Shown: positions 22,005-33,444 of the stretch, one piece after another | Numbering within the stretch: position 1 is the stretch's first letter | How the letters are laid out: the number at the start of each line of letters is the position of its first letter | Assembly: GCA_964187785.1 (NCBI GenBank) | Contig: OZ076409.1 | Location: forward strand, 61,010,001-61,074,000 | Reading direction: 5' to 3' | DNA length: 64,000 bases | Source of the DNA: Amphiscolops sp. MND2022 | Taxonomy: Eukaryota | Notes under the pieces: model-generated | What the model was told of the DNA's origin: nothing | Seen by the model: only the letters and a program-made list of their open reading frames with translations | Databases searched by the model: none | Made by a program: the position numbers and the translations under genes

Positions 22005-25000
22005 ATGGATAATTCAAATCCCCAAAATCAAACTCCTGCTCAAGATCTACCATTGTCCTACTCATCTGTTTTAAGCCAGTTCTCGACTCCATTGACAAAC
22101 TTGACCCCATGGTTGCTCGAATCCTCAACTCCTTTGCTCAGCGGAAGTTCTGAAGCTTCTTTGACAAATTCGACACCCTCATTCGATGCAACAGTCTACC
22201 CGCAGAGCTCGCAGACATTTTTCACGCAGATCTCGCAGAGCTCGCAGAGCTCGATTGCTTACAATGCAGATGGGATTATGCAAGAAGAGCATCACGAGCC
22301 AAATCAGCCGGTCGAAGATCACGCGGTAACTCCTTCTCCTAATCTTGACATTTCCAATGCCGTGGGTTTAACCAGCGCCACAGTTCCGACCTCGAGTCAG
22401 AAACAACCTGTTGACTCGTTTGAAGAAAGAGTCTACAATGTAGTCAAAACAACTCCCCCTGCAAAAAAAAGCAAACCCGACTTGAAGACGGATGAAGCCA
22501 AAGAATGGCTGAAATCCTTTATAGTTGCCACAACGAGCCGTTACAAAAAGAATGTTAGCGCCCCGAAGAAGACCCAGATAAACTTTTTCAGAAGTCTGGT
22601 GGCCTACCTGTTTTTGTTTGTTGGCGTTGCTGGCCTGTTGGACAAAGAAATCAGCAATATCACTGTCCACGAGTTGGCTCAAGCCGTGGTGCATATGAGA
22701 GACTACCCGGATGATGAAGACATACCACTTTCCATCGAGCCAAATGAAAGTAAGTATTTATGCATAACCTAAACCCTTAACCTCTTAAACTTTTATTGAC
22801 TTTTTCAAACATATGATGAAAATCAAAGTAGCTATCAATTTTGAATGATCCAAACAACAATTGGATATATTGTCCTGGTTTCCACCACCGTTTTGAGCAT
22901 AATGTCCTGGATTCCACCAAAATAGCATTCACTGTTCGATGGCGCATTGGTAAAAAAATAGCATGCTCCGAATGTTTTTCCAAGTTGGATTTCGGCACCT
23001 TCACTCTAAATTCATTGGGTTTCGGCGTTTTTGGCAATTCTCGGCTGTGCCGAAAATTAACATTCCTAGTTGATAATAATTACTTTGCCCTTTCATTTAC
23101 AAAGAAGGGAATATGGCAGAGCGTGAGGAAGTTGTAAGTGGCGATATCTAGATTGTTGGTAAACAACCAATAATTGCCATTCTGAAGGAAAATGGCAAAA
23201 TAGATGAAAGGGTCAATTGACCTTACTTTGCCATAATACACAGTTCGCACTATTCTTTTCTCTACAACAGAAATATTAGAAACATTGCTCAATGTTCGAA
23301 TTGCGTTTTAAAATATCTTAAACTGTAAGAAAACAACAATTTTGAGCATATTGTCTTGGATTCCACCAAAATAGCATTCACTGTTCGATGGCCACGAAAG
23401 CGACTGTGGAAAGTAAGACCATATCATTATACATGTGTCGTGGAAACCATATACATATCTTAAACTGTAAGAAAACAACTACCAAAGGGGGTAGTACGTC
23501 AAAATTTAAAACCTTATAAACCGTCCTATTGTCATGGAAATATTGTTCAGTGTTGAATGGCGTTGTGAAATAACTTTGTTTGTTTTTTCAATAAATTTTG
23601 TTTAGGTGTCAGATTTCCGATTGATTAGAGTTCTTAAAGGCGAAAATATTTTGGGCCTATTTTGTCTTTCTGACAAATGAAATTTTAAAAAAAACTGAAA
23701 ACTCGAAACTAATTTACATGTTCAATAACTGTCTTTTTTGCAGATTCTGTTTCTCGAATACATTACAAGACACCACGCTGGTTAATCGAAGGTTTGGTTG
23801 AGTATGCCAGCCACACGAGACCTGATTTTCTCAACAAAACCCAAGGTGTGAAATTCCAACGATGTGTCTCCAAAAGTGATGACCGACCAGTCGTGACAGA
23901 GCTCCTGTTCGTCAATTCTGTTGGGAAGTCTTGTTTTAGACCAAGCCATGTTGTCGACCAGTATTTGATCCCTGTACGTTTGTTTTTTTTTGACATTTAA
24001 ATTTTTATATATTTCGGAGTTTTCAAAACAACTTCGATTGAAAAACCTACATCTACTAAACCATTGTAGTTCTAGTGTAACAGATCATATATTTAATCGA
24101 AAGCATGTATTTCAGATACTTCAACAATGTGAAAAACCAGCCAATCAGCTGAAGTTCAAATTGGAACTCATCTATCCAATTGTTGACGACCCTGAAGCAC
24201 GATTGCCAAAATTGAAAAATCAAATCAGGGAAGTGCAAGGAAAATTTGGCAATGAATTTGACCAGGATACCATCAAAACATGCGTGAGAAAACATCAAGA
24301 TGCTCAACGATACGCACGACAGTCAGCTCGAGCCACAACGTTCTTCAAATACATGAACGGGAAATGTGACTTGAACATCTTGGAGAAAAGAATCGAAGGA
24401 TTTTTCCAGAGGCAGAAATGTACAACCCCAGAAGACGTCAAACAGGATATTAGAAAAGTGTTTCTGTTGGTTTTACCTATGCTACAAAATCCAGATTCGA
24501 GACGAATGGGCAGTGATGGTTCTGTCAAAATAATGTATAAAGGGATGGCACATAACATGGATTTCGAGTGTCAGACCTTACTATTCGAACGATGTGACAC
24601 GCAGAGCTGGCCAGGCGTTTGTCCAGCCAATTTCAAATCTTATGGACGCGGAGTGGTCAGCACACAGAAGTTTTTTAAAAACGAGATTGTGCTTGACTAC
24701 CACGGTCAAATACTTGAGAAAATGACATTGATACAAGCTCTGGCGATGGAAGGCGTACAGTCTGAATATCTGATGGAGGTACGTAATCTAAAGTTTATTT
24801 GTTAGATACATACCAAGTGAGTGAAGACACATAAAAAATCTAAAAAGTCTAAAAAGTATGAGTATTTGTTCTTTTATCAATTTTGGACCTAGAGAGCTAA
24901 AAGTGAAGAAGAAAAAAATTATTAGTTCACTAGGACCTAGCTAAATGAAAGTACACGAAACTTTTTTGCTTTTCAAAACAGGATTTTTTAGTATGCTGTT

Positions 25001-25732
25001 GTGTTGTAGGTCTTACTGCGATGAAAGGAAGCGAAGTTGAGTAATTGTAAATTCAGGCAATGTACGTGCGAATGTCACTATTCAGTAGAATGGCAAATCA
25101 GTTAAAAATGGCATTACTATTGGTTAGGGACTAACCAAAAGTACTGCCATTTTTATCTGATTTGCTATTTTAGTGAATAGTGACATTTACACAAACATTG
25201 CCTGAATTTACAATTACTCAACTTCGCTTCCTTTCATCGCAGTAAGACCTACAACACAAAAGTCATCGTTGCAACAAGATCTATCTAGATCATCTAGCAC
25301 ACCATCAAGAACATCTGGAACTTGTAAAGCCTTGTGATCAGATACGACTCCAAATTGTGTACCACATACATAATTTTCAATATGCTCACACGACAGCTAG
25401 TAACTAATTCATTTTTGGATCATTTCATTCCAAAATCTGTTGAAAATTGTGGGCTTTTGTAAGGTATTCTTGAAACTTCTTTGTTCCAGGTGAAAGGTCC
25501 CGGACGGAGACTGATCAACGCTTCCTCCGAGATATGTGAAAGTCACCCAAATATTCTATGTTTGGGACGCCTCATTAACCACTGTTCCAAAGATGCAAAC
25601 ATAAAGCAAACTGACATTTTGCTTTATGACCAGTCCCGAGTTTGCTGCTTCAGGGCTATCAGAGATATAAGCCCTTTCGAAGAATTGAAATTCGATTACG
25701 AGGACCCAACAGCGCGGTCCCTTTTTTCGTGA
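22005..25732 (+). CDS. SET-domain lysine methyltransferase-like protein (PR-Set7/SETD8-like), 4 exons, ~626 aa
   Basis: Exons 22005-22749, 23744-23973, 24116-24778 and 25490-25732 join in frame via GT-AG. SET motifs: GRGVVSTQKF..VLDYHG, LGRLINHCS, FRAIRDISPFEELKFDY. Confidence 0.87.
22866..23565 (-). repeat. Family A fragments inside SET gene intron 1
   Basis: Partial unit at 22866-22942; internally deleted unit plus flank at 23313-23565. Confidence 0.85.
25000..25258. mobile_element. ~260-bp palindromic MITE-like element in SET intron 3
   Basis: TGTGTTGTAGGTCTTACTGCGATGAAAGGAAGCGAAGTTGAG... is mirrored by ...CTCAACTTCGCTTCCTTTCATCGCAGTAAGACCTACAACACA. Centre is TTGGTTAGGGACTAACCAA. Confidence 0.85.
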
Positions 25733-25914
25733 AAAGCGACTTGCTGACAAATATCTTCATGTGCTTTTTCAAGAGTCTGTTTATTCTGAACACTTTTTTT
25801 TTGGTTTTTTAAAAATACTCGTTTTGTTCACTTTTCGAATAATTATCCGATATATATGAACCAGATTTTCAACCAGATGGTCAGATTAAGATCAGTCAAT
25901 TATCCATACCACCT

Positions 25915-26385
25915 TTGTCCTGGATTCCACCAAAATAGCATTCACTGTTCGATGGCCACGAAAGCGACTGTGGAAAGTAGGACCATATCTTTATAAATGT
26001 GTCGTGGAAACCGCTTACATATCTTAAACTGTAAGAAAACAACTACCAAAGGGGGTAGTACGTCAATATTTAAATCTGACTGTATTGTCCTGGTTTCCAC
26101 CAATTTGAGCATATTGTCCTGGATTCCACCAAAATAGCATTCACTGTTCGATGGCCACGAAAGCGACTGTGGAAAGTAGGACCATATCTTTATAAATGTG
26201 TCGTGGAAACCATATACATATCTTAAACTGTGAGAAAACAACTACCAAAGGGGGTAGTACGTCAATATTTAAAATCTAATATACCCTATTATTGTCATGG
26301 AAATATTGCTCAATTTTGAATGACGTTTTAGAAAAATCTGGCATTTAAAAAAATCTGGCTTGCCAGCAAAATCTGGCAAATTTTT
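25915..26385 (-). repeat. Family A block upstream of the transposase-like gene
   Basis: About 1.8 units (25915-26272), then the GTCATGGAAA...AAAATCTGGCA flank. Confidence 0.93.
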
Positions 26386-26727
26386 TTAAACTGCAGTTTT
26401 TTGACTACTTTACTTTAACGAATGAGCTTCGTGTTACGTCCATAATCATATCAGTTTGTATTGGCTTGGTTTTAAAATTTATTAGTCACGAAAATAGGGT
26501 TTCCACGTCACGTAAAGAGAAAGTTGTTCAAGAGCTTCTTTTCATTATGGTATTGAAAGTCCCTGTTTTTGTGAACGTGTCGGTTCATCTTAACTCCGAA
26601 TCTCAACTTCTGAATCAAAGTGTCATTTCGCAAATATATTTCAGATAGTCACTGTGACCTTCATACATCTTCATCACTAGTTGAGTTGAACACAACGTTG
26701 TTGAAATCTCATATCAACGCTCTTTTA

Positions 26728-29700
26728 ATGGACCCCTTAGCACTTTGGAATGCCCATTCTGTACAAATCGATGAAAATTTGCTGTTTATCGACAGCAAAA
26801 TGTTCGAAGTCATGGCCGAGAAACGATTCACGAACAAATACAGAAAATTCGAAAAGATCATTGACGATGCATTCGCCGGGTGTGGGTTAAATAACAAAGA
26901 CTTACTCCGGAGAATTCCCATGAAAGGACAAAGCAAACCGACTGTGTGTATAGCAGTAAGTAACTTTTTTTCTAATTACCATTTTTGCAAGTGTCTATCT
27001 TTTTCGTAAAAGTCGTACTTCGCTGGCGTTTTGGATGCTTTTGGAGATTTGTGAATGTTCATTTAAATTGATATAATTGTGCAAACCGCGCGTTTTCTCT
27101 TTTTTTGTCCACCACCAATTGGCTACACGCCACGTTCTTGCAATTTAGTGGTCGCTCGCATTCGAAATCAATGCATTCATTTTGGAAAAAACTACGAACC
27201 ACGATATGAAAATAAGTTCGGAAATTCATTTTGAAATTTTTTTCTCTTCATCTTTGTTTTTTGCCCTCATCCCCAAAAACTAAAAATACCTTTACTAAAT
27301 ACATAACTGAAACATTTACATATCCACCACAAAAACCGTTTTCGAAAAAATATTCTTTTCAGGGAAAAATTGCGATGTTTTTAATCTTCCGAGGGTTCAA
27401 GGATTTCCAATGGACCGACGCAAGGAAGAGATTTGTGGAATGCTTCGTCCCTCGATATTTGATTCCTTACGAAGATACTTTCAATTTTCCTCTTCTTGTA
27501 ACACCAACCTTGAATCCCCTTGCAATACGTACCTCGGATCTGTTTTCACCACCACCAACAATGGTGCTTGAAACAATGAATTCGCTTGCAACACCAAGAA
27601 TGGACCTTGAAACAATGAATTCGCTTGCAACACCAAGAATGGACCTTGAAACAATGAATTCGCTTGCAACACCAAGAATGAACCTTGAAACCATGGATTC
27701 GCATGCACCACCAACAATGGACCTTGAAACCATGGATTCGCATGCACCACCAACAATGGACCCTGGAACCATGGATTCGCATGCACCACCAACAATGGAC
27801 CCTGGAACCATGGATTCGCGTGCACCACCAACAATGGACCCTGGAACCATGGATTCGCATGCACCACCAACAATGGACCCTGGAACCATGGATTCGCATG
27901 CACCACCAGCATTGGACCCTGGAACCATGGATTCGCATGCACCACCAACAATGGACCCTGGAACCATGGATTCGCATGCACCACCAACAATGGACCCTGG
28001 AACCATGGATTCGCATGCACCACCAACAATGGACCTTGAAACAATGGATTCGCATGCACCACCAACAATGTACCTTGATGCAGCGACAAGCCCATACCCC
28101 CAAAAGAGGAGAACAAAAAAATTGAACAAAGAAGCAGCCACTTGTTTCTGGAAAAAGGTCATCGATGAGGCCAACGATAATAAAGAAATTGGGTTCACTG
28201 AGTTTGTAGAACAAGTGAAAGACAACATTGTTAAACGGAAATACCAGGGATTCACAAAGAAGGAAGACGTGAATGTGGTGAAAATTCTAATCGACCGACT
28301 TTTTGAGAATCGAGGATCGACCAAGGAATTCAGTGACATTTTATCACTTACTGCTCAAACTGGAAATACAGAGGCAGTCATAAAACTTATCAGATCGAAA
28401 CTTTCGGTAGTTGGCTTGGGATACAACGTAGTACCTTGTATACGCTTGATCAAGAAATCAACAGCTCAAATCCAGACCTATTTTGTTTCACTATGCCATC
28501 CCGAAAGAACGTTCTCCGGTTTCCGATGCGATCTGATAAAATGTGTTGAGCTGGCCGCATACTTGCTCGGAATGTATGATTTATGTGGTTTGAGAATTGA
28601 TATCTGGGGCGACGGTTGTGAAATTGGAGGCCTGGAAACAACCCGTTTTGCCTTTCGAGTGTTATCGGAAAAAATTAGTTGCCAGTCATCAAGTTCAGTG
28701 TTCTGTTTTGCATCGTATCGAGGAAAAGACAGCCGATTCGCGATGGAACAGAACCTTGGACCAACTATAGCTGGTGATCAAAGTTCGGGTTGGCTCTACC
28801 AGAAAACGTCGGAGTTGTCAGATCGTGGTGTTAAACTAACCTACAGTGGAGATACACCATTTTTGCTACGCTTGATACTTGGAATTTCCTGTGAAACGAA
28901 TTTCGAATCAAAAATGCCACTTCATGTTCCTGATAATAGCTTTTTGCCAACAAATTGCCATCCTGAAACAGGTCTGAGAACCGATCTTAAGATACCTTTC
29001 CGAGAGGAACTGCCAAAAACATCCCTTGTTTATTTCCAAGACGTGCGATGTATATGCCCTGACCCGACGCACATGATCACCAGATGTGTTGAAAACGACT
29101 TGAGGAGAGTGGCGCAGAAAATAATCACTGACAAGTATCCCGATTATGGCCCCTCACTCAAAGCCTTTGAAGAAAATCTTACACGACGTGATGCAAAAAG
29201 GCCATATTTCCAGTTCAATGTGAACACAAAACTAGGTTCTGGTGTTGGTACTGTGAACAGTGTGTCATTAGCCGGAAGTAATGCCCTATCTATTATAGCA
29301 GAAAAAGAAGAATTGGCTGGCGCAAATGATTGTTCAATAGGGAATCTTTTTGAAGATGTTTGGGATCCCACAAACGATGTTGTTATTGGGAGTGAATCAG
29401 CTGCTAGTGCTCAAATACTAAAACAATTTCTCCCAGAACTTTTCGATAAGCCTCACCCTAGTGACAAGACATCCGCCAATCCATACATCTCGAAGACAGA
29501 TGCATGTGAATTGCTGCGCTCCAGCCTGAACCGCTGTGCAATTCTCTTGAGATCTGAGCAGTTTGACGCCCAATGCTACAAGAAATGGGCTGAAATATAT
29601 TATCAGACAAGCATTTTGTTATTTGGTGAATGCTCATTGACACCATATAAGTTGAAGCTCGCAATGATGCCGCAGATTGTAGAAGGAGGGTTTGTGGAAA

Positions 29701-30743
29701 GACCTTTTGACCACATGTGCGAAGGGCTTGAAAAATCCAATCATCACGCAAATCGCTATTTCCAGACAAAAACCATGCGTGGTGGCGGTAATATTTACCA
29801 TAAAGATCCTCTTTTCCTGGAATTGTCATCTTCATTTGGAAAATTCCTCCGTGCATCGATTGAATTGGAAACAATGAAGCATGATGGCTTGGAAATATCT
29901 GAAATACTTAAGAAACTTGTTGATGATTTGGAAGCAAAATACCCCGGACCAACATACCTCGAAATTTGCAAGACCCCAATTTCCTCGACTTCTCTTGCAA
30001 TCGGGAAATCGCATCCCGATTCCCAACTTTTAAGTGGTATGAGGTTCACTTCAATTGGAAGATTAGGGGTAGTCGATGGGATTTCGTTAACGAAGGATGT
30101 TCTGATTAAACTTATCAACGAAATGGGGGGCATATTCATTGAACACGATCAAGCAGACGCCCTCATGAAGACACATTCACGACTGCCTAATTGCTTCGTT
30201 CTGGTCAAAGACGAAGAAGACCTAGTAATCGCCACAGGATCTGTGCAAGAAATTGAAGAACTGAAAAAGAAGATGCCGCCGGCGAAAAAACTAAGACTTT
30301 CCACGTCCCAGTCTTCAGATTCGGACAGTCAATACCCATCATCGCAACTCACAGCAAAACAGAAAAAAGAAACTGCTCAATACTCACAAATTGCTCAGAA
30401 ATTTGCCCAAGGAGGTCTAACTTTTTTGAAGAAGAATTTTATTATGGATGTCAAAAAAGTAGTTACGTTGTTAGACCCCAAAGATTACACCATCGCCCCC
30501 GGAAGTAATTTTCGTCGAGCCAGAGTAAATGATATGAGACCACTCTTCCTTGATCAAATATCAGGGAAAAAATCAAACGAGAATATATCGGCTGTGGCTT
30601 ATCTCAAACGATACAGAAATGGACAAACGAGATTACCAAAACTCTTTTTCGAGAATGATGATGACACTTTTGCCGGAGAAATTGACAACATTGATGATGA
30701 CGACGACGACTTAGATGAAGAATGTTCTCAGATCACTTTGTAG
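26728..30743 (+). CDS. RAG1/Transib-like DDE transposase/recombinase with 13-aa repeats and C-terminal BRCT-like domain (~1200 aa, 2 exons)
   Basis: Uninterrupted ORF 27231-30743. Likely exon 1 is 26728-26955 (GTAAGT donor), spliced in phase to 27363. Ordered motifs IWGDG (D 28611), YSGDTPFL (D 28851), PDPTHMITR (29061-29072), LTPY and CEGLEKSNH (E 29730) parallel RAG1 D600, D708, DxxH795, TNY and SEGNE962SGN. BRCT-like LSGMRFTSIG..LIKLINEMGG..FIMD at ~30027-30450. Confidence 0.72.
27552..28076 (+). repeat. Coding minisatellite, 39-bp unit x ~13.5 (PPTMDPGTMDSHA)
   Basis: Directly visible tandem repeat in frame within the transposase-like ORF. Confidence 0.97.
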
Positions 30744-31029
30744 ACCCCAGAGTTCAACAAAAAATGGGACACCGTAATTATGTTGTGTTGATATTTGTGT
30801 TCATATCTAGCGATACATTACTATTTCAAAATAATACTATTAGAATTCTGTTCTTGAATTTGCGTATCTCTGTGATAAACATAACTCCAATTTCAAGTTG
30901 TGAAAGATTTTTCATACTCTGCTGAAGATCAGATACAGTGAAGAGAAACCAACACATCGTACCCCGTTACGTCGCGAGAAGTAGAGGTTATGATAAACCA
31001 TGGTAAACCAATCGAAAAGTTGGAGTTAA

Positions 31030-31484
31030 ACAAAATCTGCCAGATTTTATTTAAAAGCAAAACGAGGAAAAATGCCAGAAAATTATGAAACGCCATCCAA
31101 AATTGAACAATAGTTCCATGACACTAATACGGTTCTTTAAAATTTACATATTGAAATACTACTACCTTCGGTAGTTGTTTTCTTACAGTTTAAGATATGT
31201 ATGCGGTTTCCACGACACGTATAAAAATATGGTCTTACTTTCCACATTCGCTTTCGTGGCCATCGAACAGTGAATGCTATTTTGGTGGAATCCAAGACAA
31301 TATGCTCAAAATGGTGGAAACCAGGACAATACAGTCAGATTTAAATATTGACGTACTACCCCCTTTGGTAGTTGTTTTCTTACAGTTTAAGATTAGTATG
31401 CGGTTTCCACGACACATGTATAAAGATATGGTCTTACTTTCTATAGTCGTTTTGGGACCATTCAAAAACGAGCTCATTCGTTGA
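31030..31484 (+). repeat. Family A block downstream of the transposase-like gene (inverted relative to 25915-26385)
   Basis: AAAATCTGCCAGATTTT..CCATGACACTAATACGG flank, then units at ~31149 and ~31346. Confidence 0.93.
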
Positions 31485-32107
31485 GTGCTAATGAAAAAAT
31501 GGCAATTGATCAAAATCTGCCATATTTTGATGACAAGACAGTTATGAATAAATGCCATGTTTTCAAAAAATGCCATGCAAAATTGACAGGTGTTTTCGTG
31601 AGACTAGGACTTTTGAGACAAATTTTGTGTTTATTACAAGTCAAGGAGAAAAGTATTCGTTGCTATTACATGTCATGATGGTTGGGACACCGGGGACAAA
31701 ATATGGGCGGCCTGGTCGCGTTTACAATGTTCATATTCAGCTTCAAAATGTTCTGATTCACGGTTCAATAGCAATAGCTGAACAAAGAGAAATTGTTGAT
31801 CTCACTTGTCCGTAATTAGGATTCTAATTAATTGTTAGCCCAAAAAGGTTATTTATCAGTGTCCGCGTGTTCATTAAAGAAAGCGAGTAATGCATTAAAG
31901 CCACTTTCAGTGTGAAAAAACGCGAAGGTACCGTGAACAAAAGGGACGTTCCCTTTAGTTGAAATCTTTCAATGTTTGCTGAAATTTCGGTTACTGGTTT
32001 AACCAGTCTGGTTATCATTCATTTGGAATACTGCCTAGCAAAAACGTCCATAATTTCGAAAAAAATTTTCTAACCATAATTTTGATACCTTCATATTATA
32101 TCGCAAA

Positions 32108-32347
32108 ATGCCTCAGTGCATGGTCTGCCATGAAGAAACACGAACGAGCCTCCACGACCAACACTTCCTCTGTGAGGGATGCCGCAATCGTTGGATTGAG
32201 GTGAAGGATCGCGACAACGAGCGCAGAGGGTGGGCCCAGGCGAGATTAGAAGTTGCGTGCCCCCTTTGCAGGAAGAACTGTGTCTTAAGGAACGGGCCCA
32301 GTGGAAGTGTAAGAATCGATCCGTTTTTCGGATTTAGGATGCGCTGA
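32108..32347 (+). CDS. Small RING-finger protein (79 aa), putative E3 ligase
   Basis: CMVC...HDQHFLCEGC...W...CPLCR gives a Cx2C-Hx2H-x2-Cx2C-Cx2C RING-like ligand pattern. ATG in AAAATG context, and the segment is more GC-rich than its flanks. Confidence 0.72.
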   Translation: MPQCMVCHEETRTSLHDQHFLCEGCRNRWIEVKDRDNERRGWAQARLEVACPLCRKNCVLRNGPSGSVRIDPFFGFRMR

Positions 32348-32479
32348 TTGTCATTTAGACTTCTAGTACTAACCATTCCTAGTGCTAAACGACCCCACCA
32401 TACATAAACTTTTAGTTCTCCCCAGTATACAGTGCTAAGTGTGTTGTAGAAACACCAGTGGTTTTAGTTTTTATTACAG

Positions 32480-32870
32480 TTATTCGTCGTTCATCGTTCC
32501 GCTGCTGTCTTGATTACAAATTGACGCAATTATGCCTTTAAGTGTTTTTCTTTCTTGTTCGCATAATTCGTTCTCGCGTTCGCTTTCGCCGCCGGCCGTC
32601 CGTTCGCTCTCTCCTGCCACTTTTTCCTCACCTGTCATCTTTTCTCTGATTGGTTGCTTTGTTACTTCTTGCCGTTTCTGCTGATCTAAAACAATTTTCT
32701 CATTATCAATTTTGTTTACTGTAAACCAGTTATTCCATAGTTCTTTTATTTGGTTATTTTGGTGACTTGGCGAGGGATACCTGGAAAAATAGTCAGCCAT
32801 TCCTATCGTTCTGCCTGGTGAGTGCGTTACTGTGAATTGGAACGGTAATAACCTATCTACCCAGCGGGTA
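32480..32870 (-). pseudogene. Gypsy pol (RNase H C-terminal) fragment
   Basis: TRWVDRLLPFQFTVTHSPGRTIGMADYFSRYPS on minus. Confidence 0.82.
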
Positions 32871-33444
32871 GATATCTACCTATCTCTCTACTTGCAAGGG
32901 TGTTAAAAAAATAATTGGTCGAAAAATGATTAGCAATAAAATAAACACAATTTTTTATTATTAGGAGGTAGCAATTACAATTATTTATTTTTGGATGCAA
33001 ATAATTGATTGTACTAAAGAACACAGTATTGAGACGCGTGCTAATGAGAGCGTCGGAGCGTCAAATGCATCAAATCATTATCATAATAACCAATGCCATA
33101 TTAGCCAATGCCAAAATATCCAACGTTACAAAATAGCTTATGCGGAAATAGCCAACGTGACATAATAATGACATATTCTTGAGGGGCAGATATACACATA
33201 GTTTCGAAAATTCTCTATTGCCCAAACTACCGCCAGGAGTTCTAATTCTTTTATTGAATAGTTTTGTTCAAAGGTGGTTAGAAATTCCCGTTCTGTTTTA
33301 GGTGCTGTGTCCGGCGAATTTCAGAAAGCTGGCAATCCTGACACAGCTGACAATCCCCCTGGTGTTGGCACTTCCCCGCCTGCAGACGTGTATCGCAGCG
33401 CCATGTGGAAGGACCCGAAGACATTAGTGTCAACATTCAACTGA

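Noticed and set aside
27467..28339. Antisense and alternate-frame ORFs over the 39-bp minisatellite
   Set aside because: By-products of a stop-free tandem repeat inside the long plus-strand ORF.
11479..32347. Endogenous DNA virus or Maverick/Polinton
   Set aside because: No polB, capsid, packaging ATPase or helicase ORF is visible, and the genes have spliceosomal introns. It cannot be fully excluded beyond the gap.
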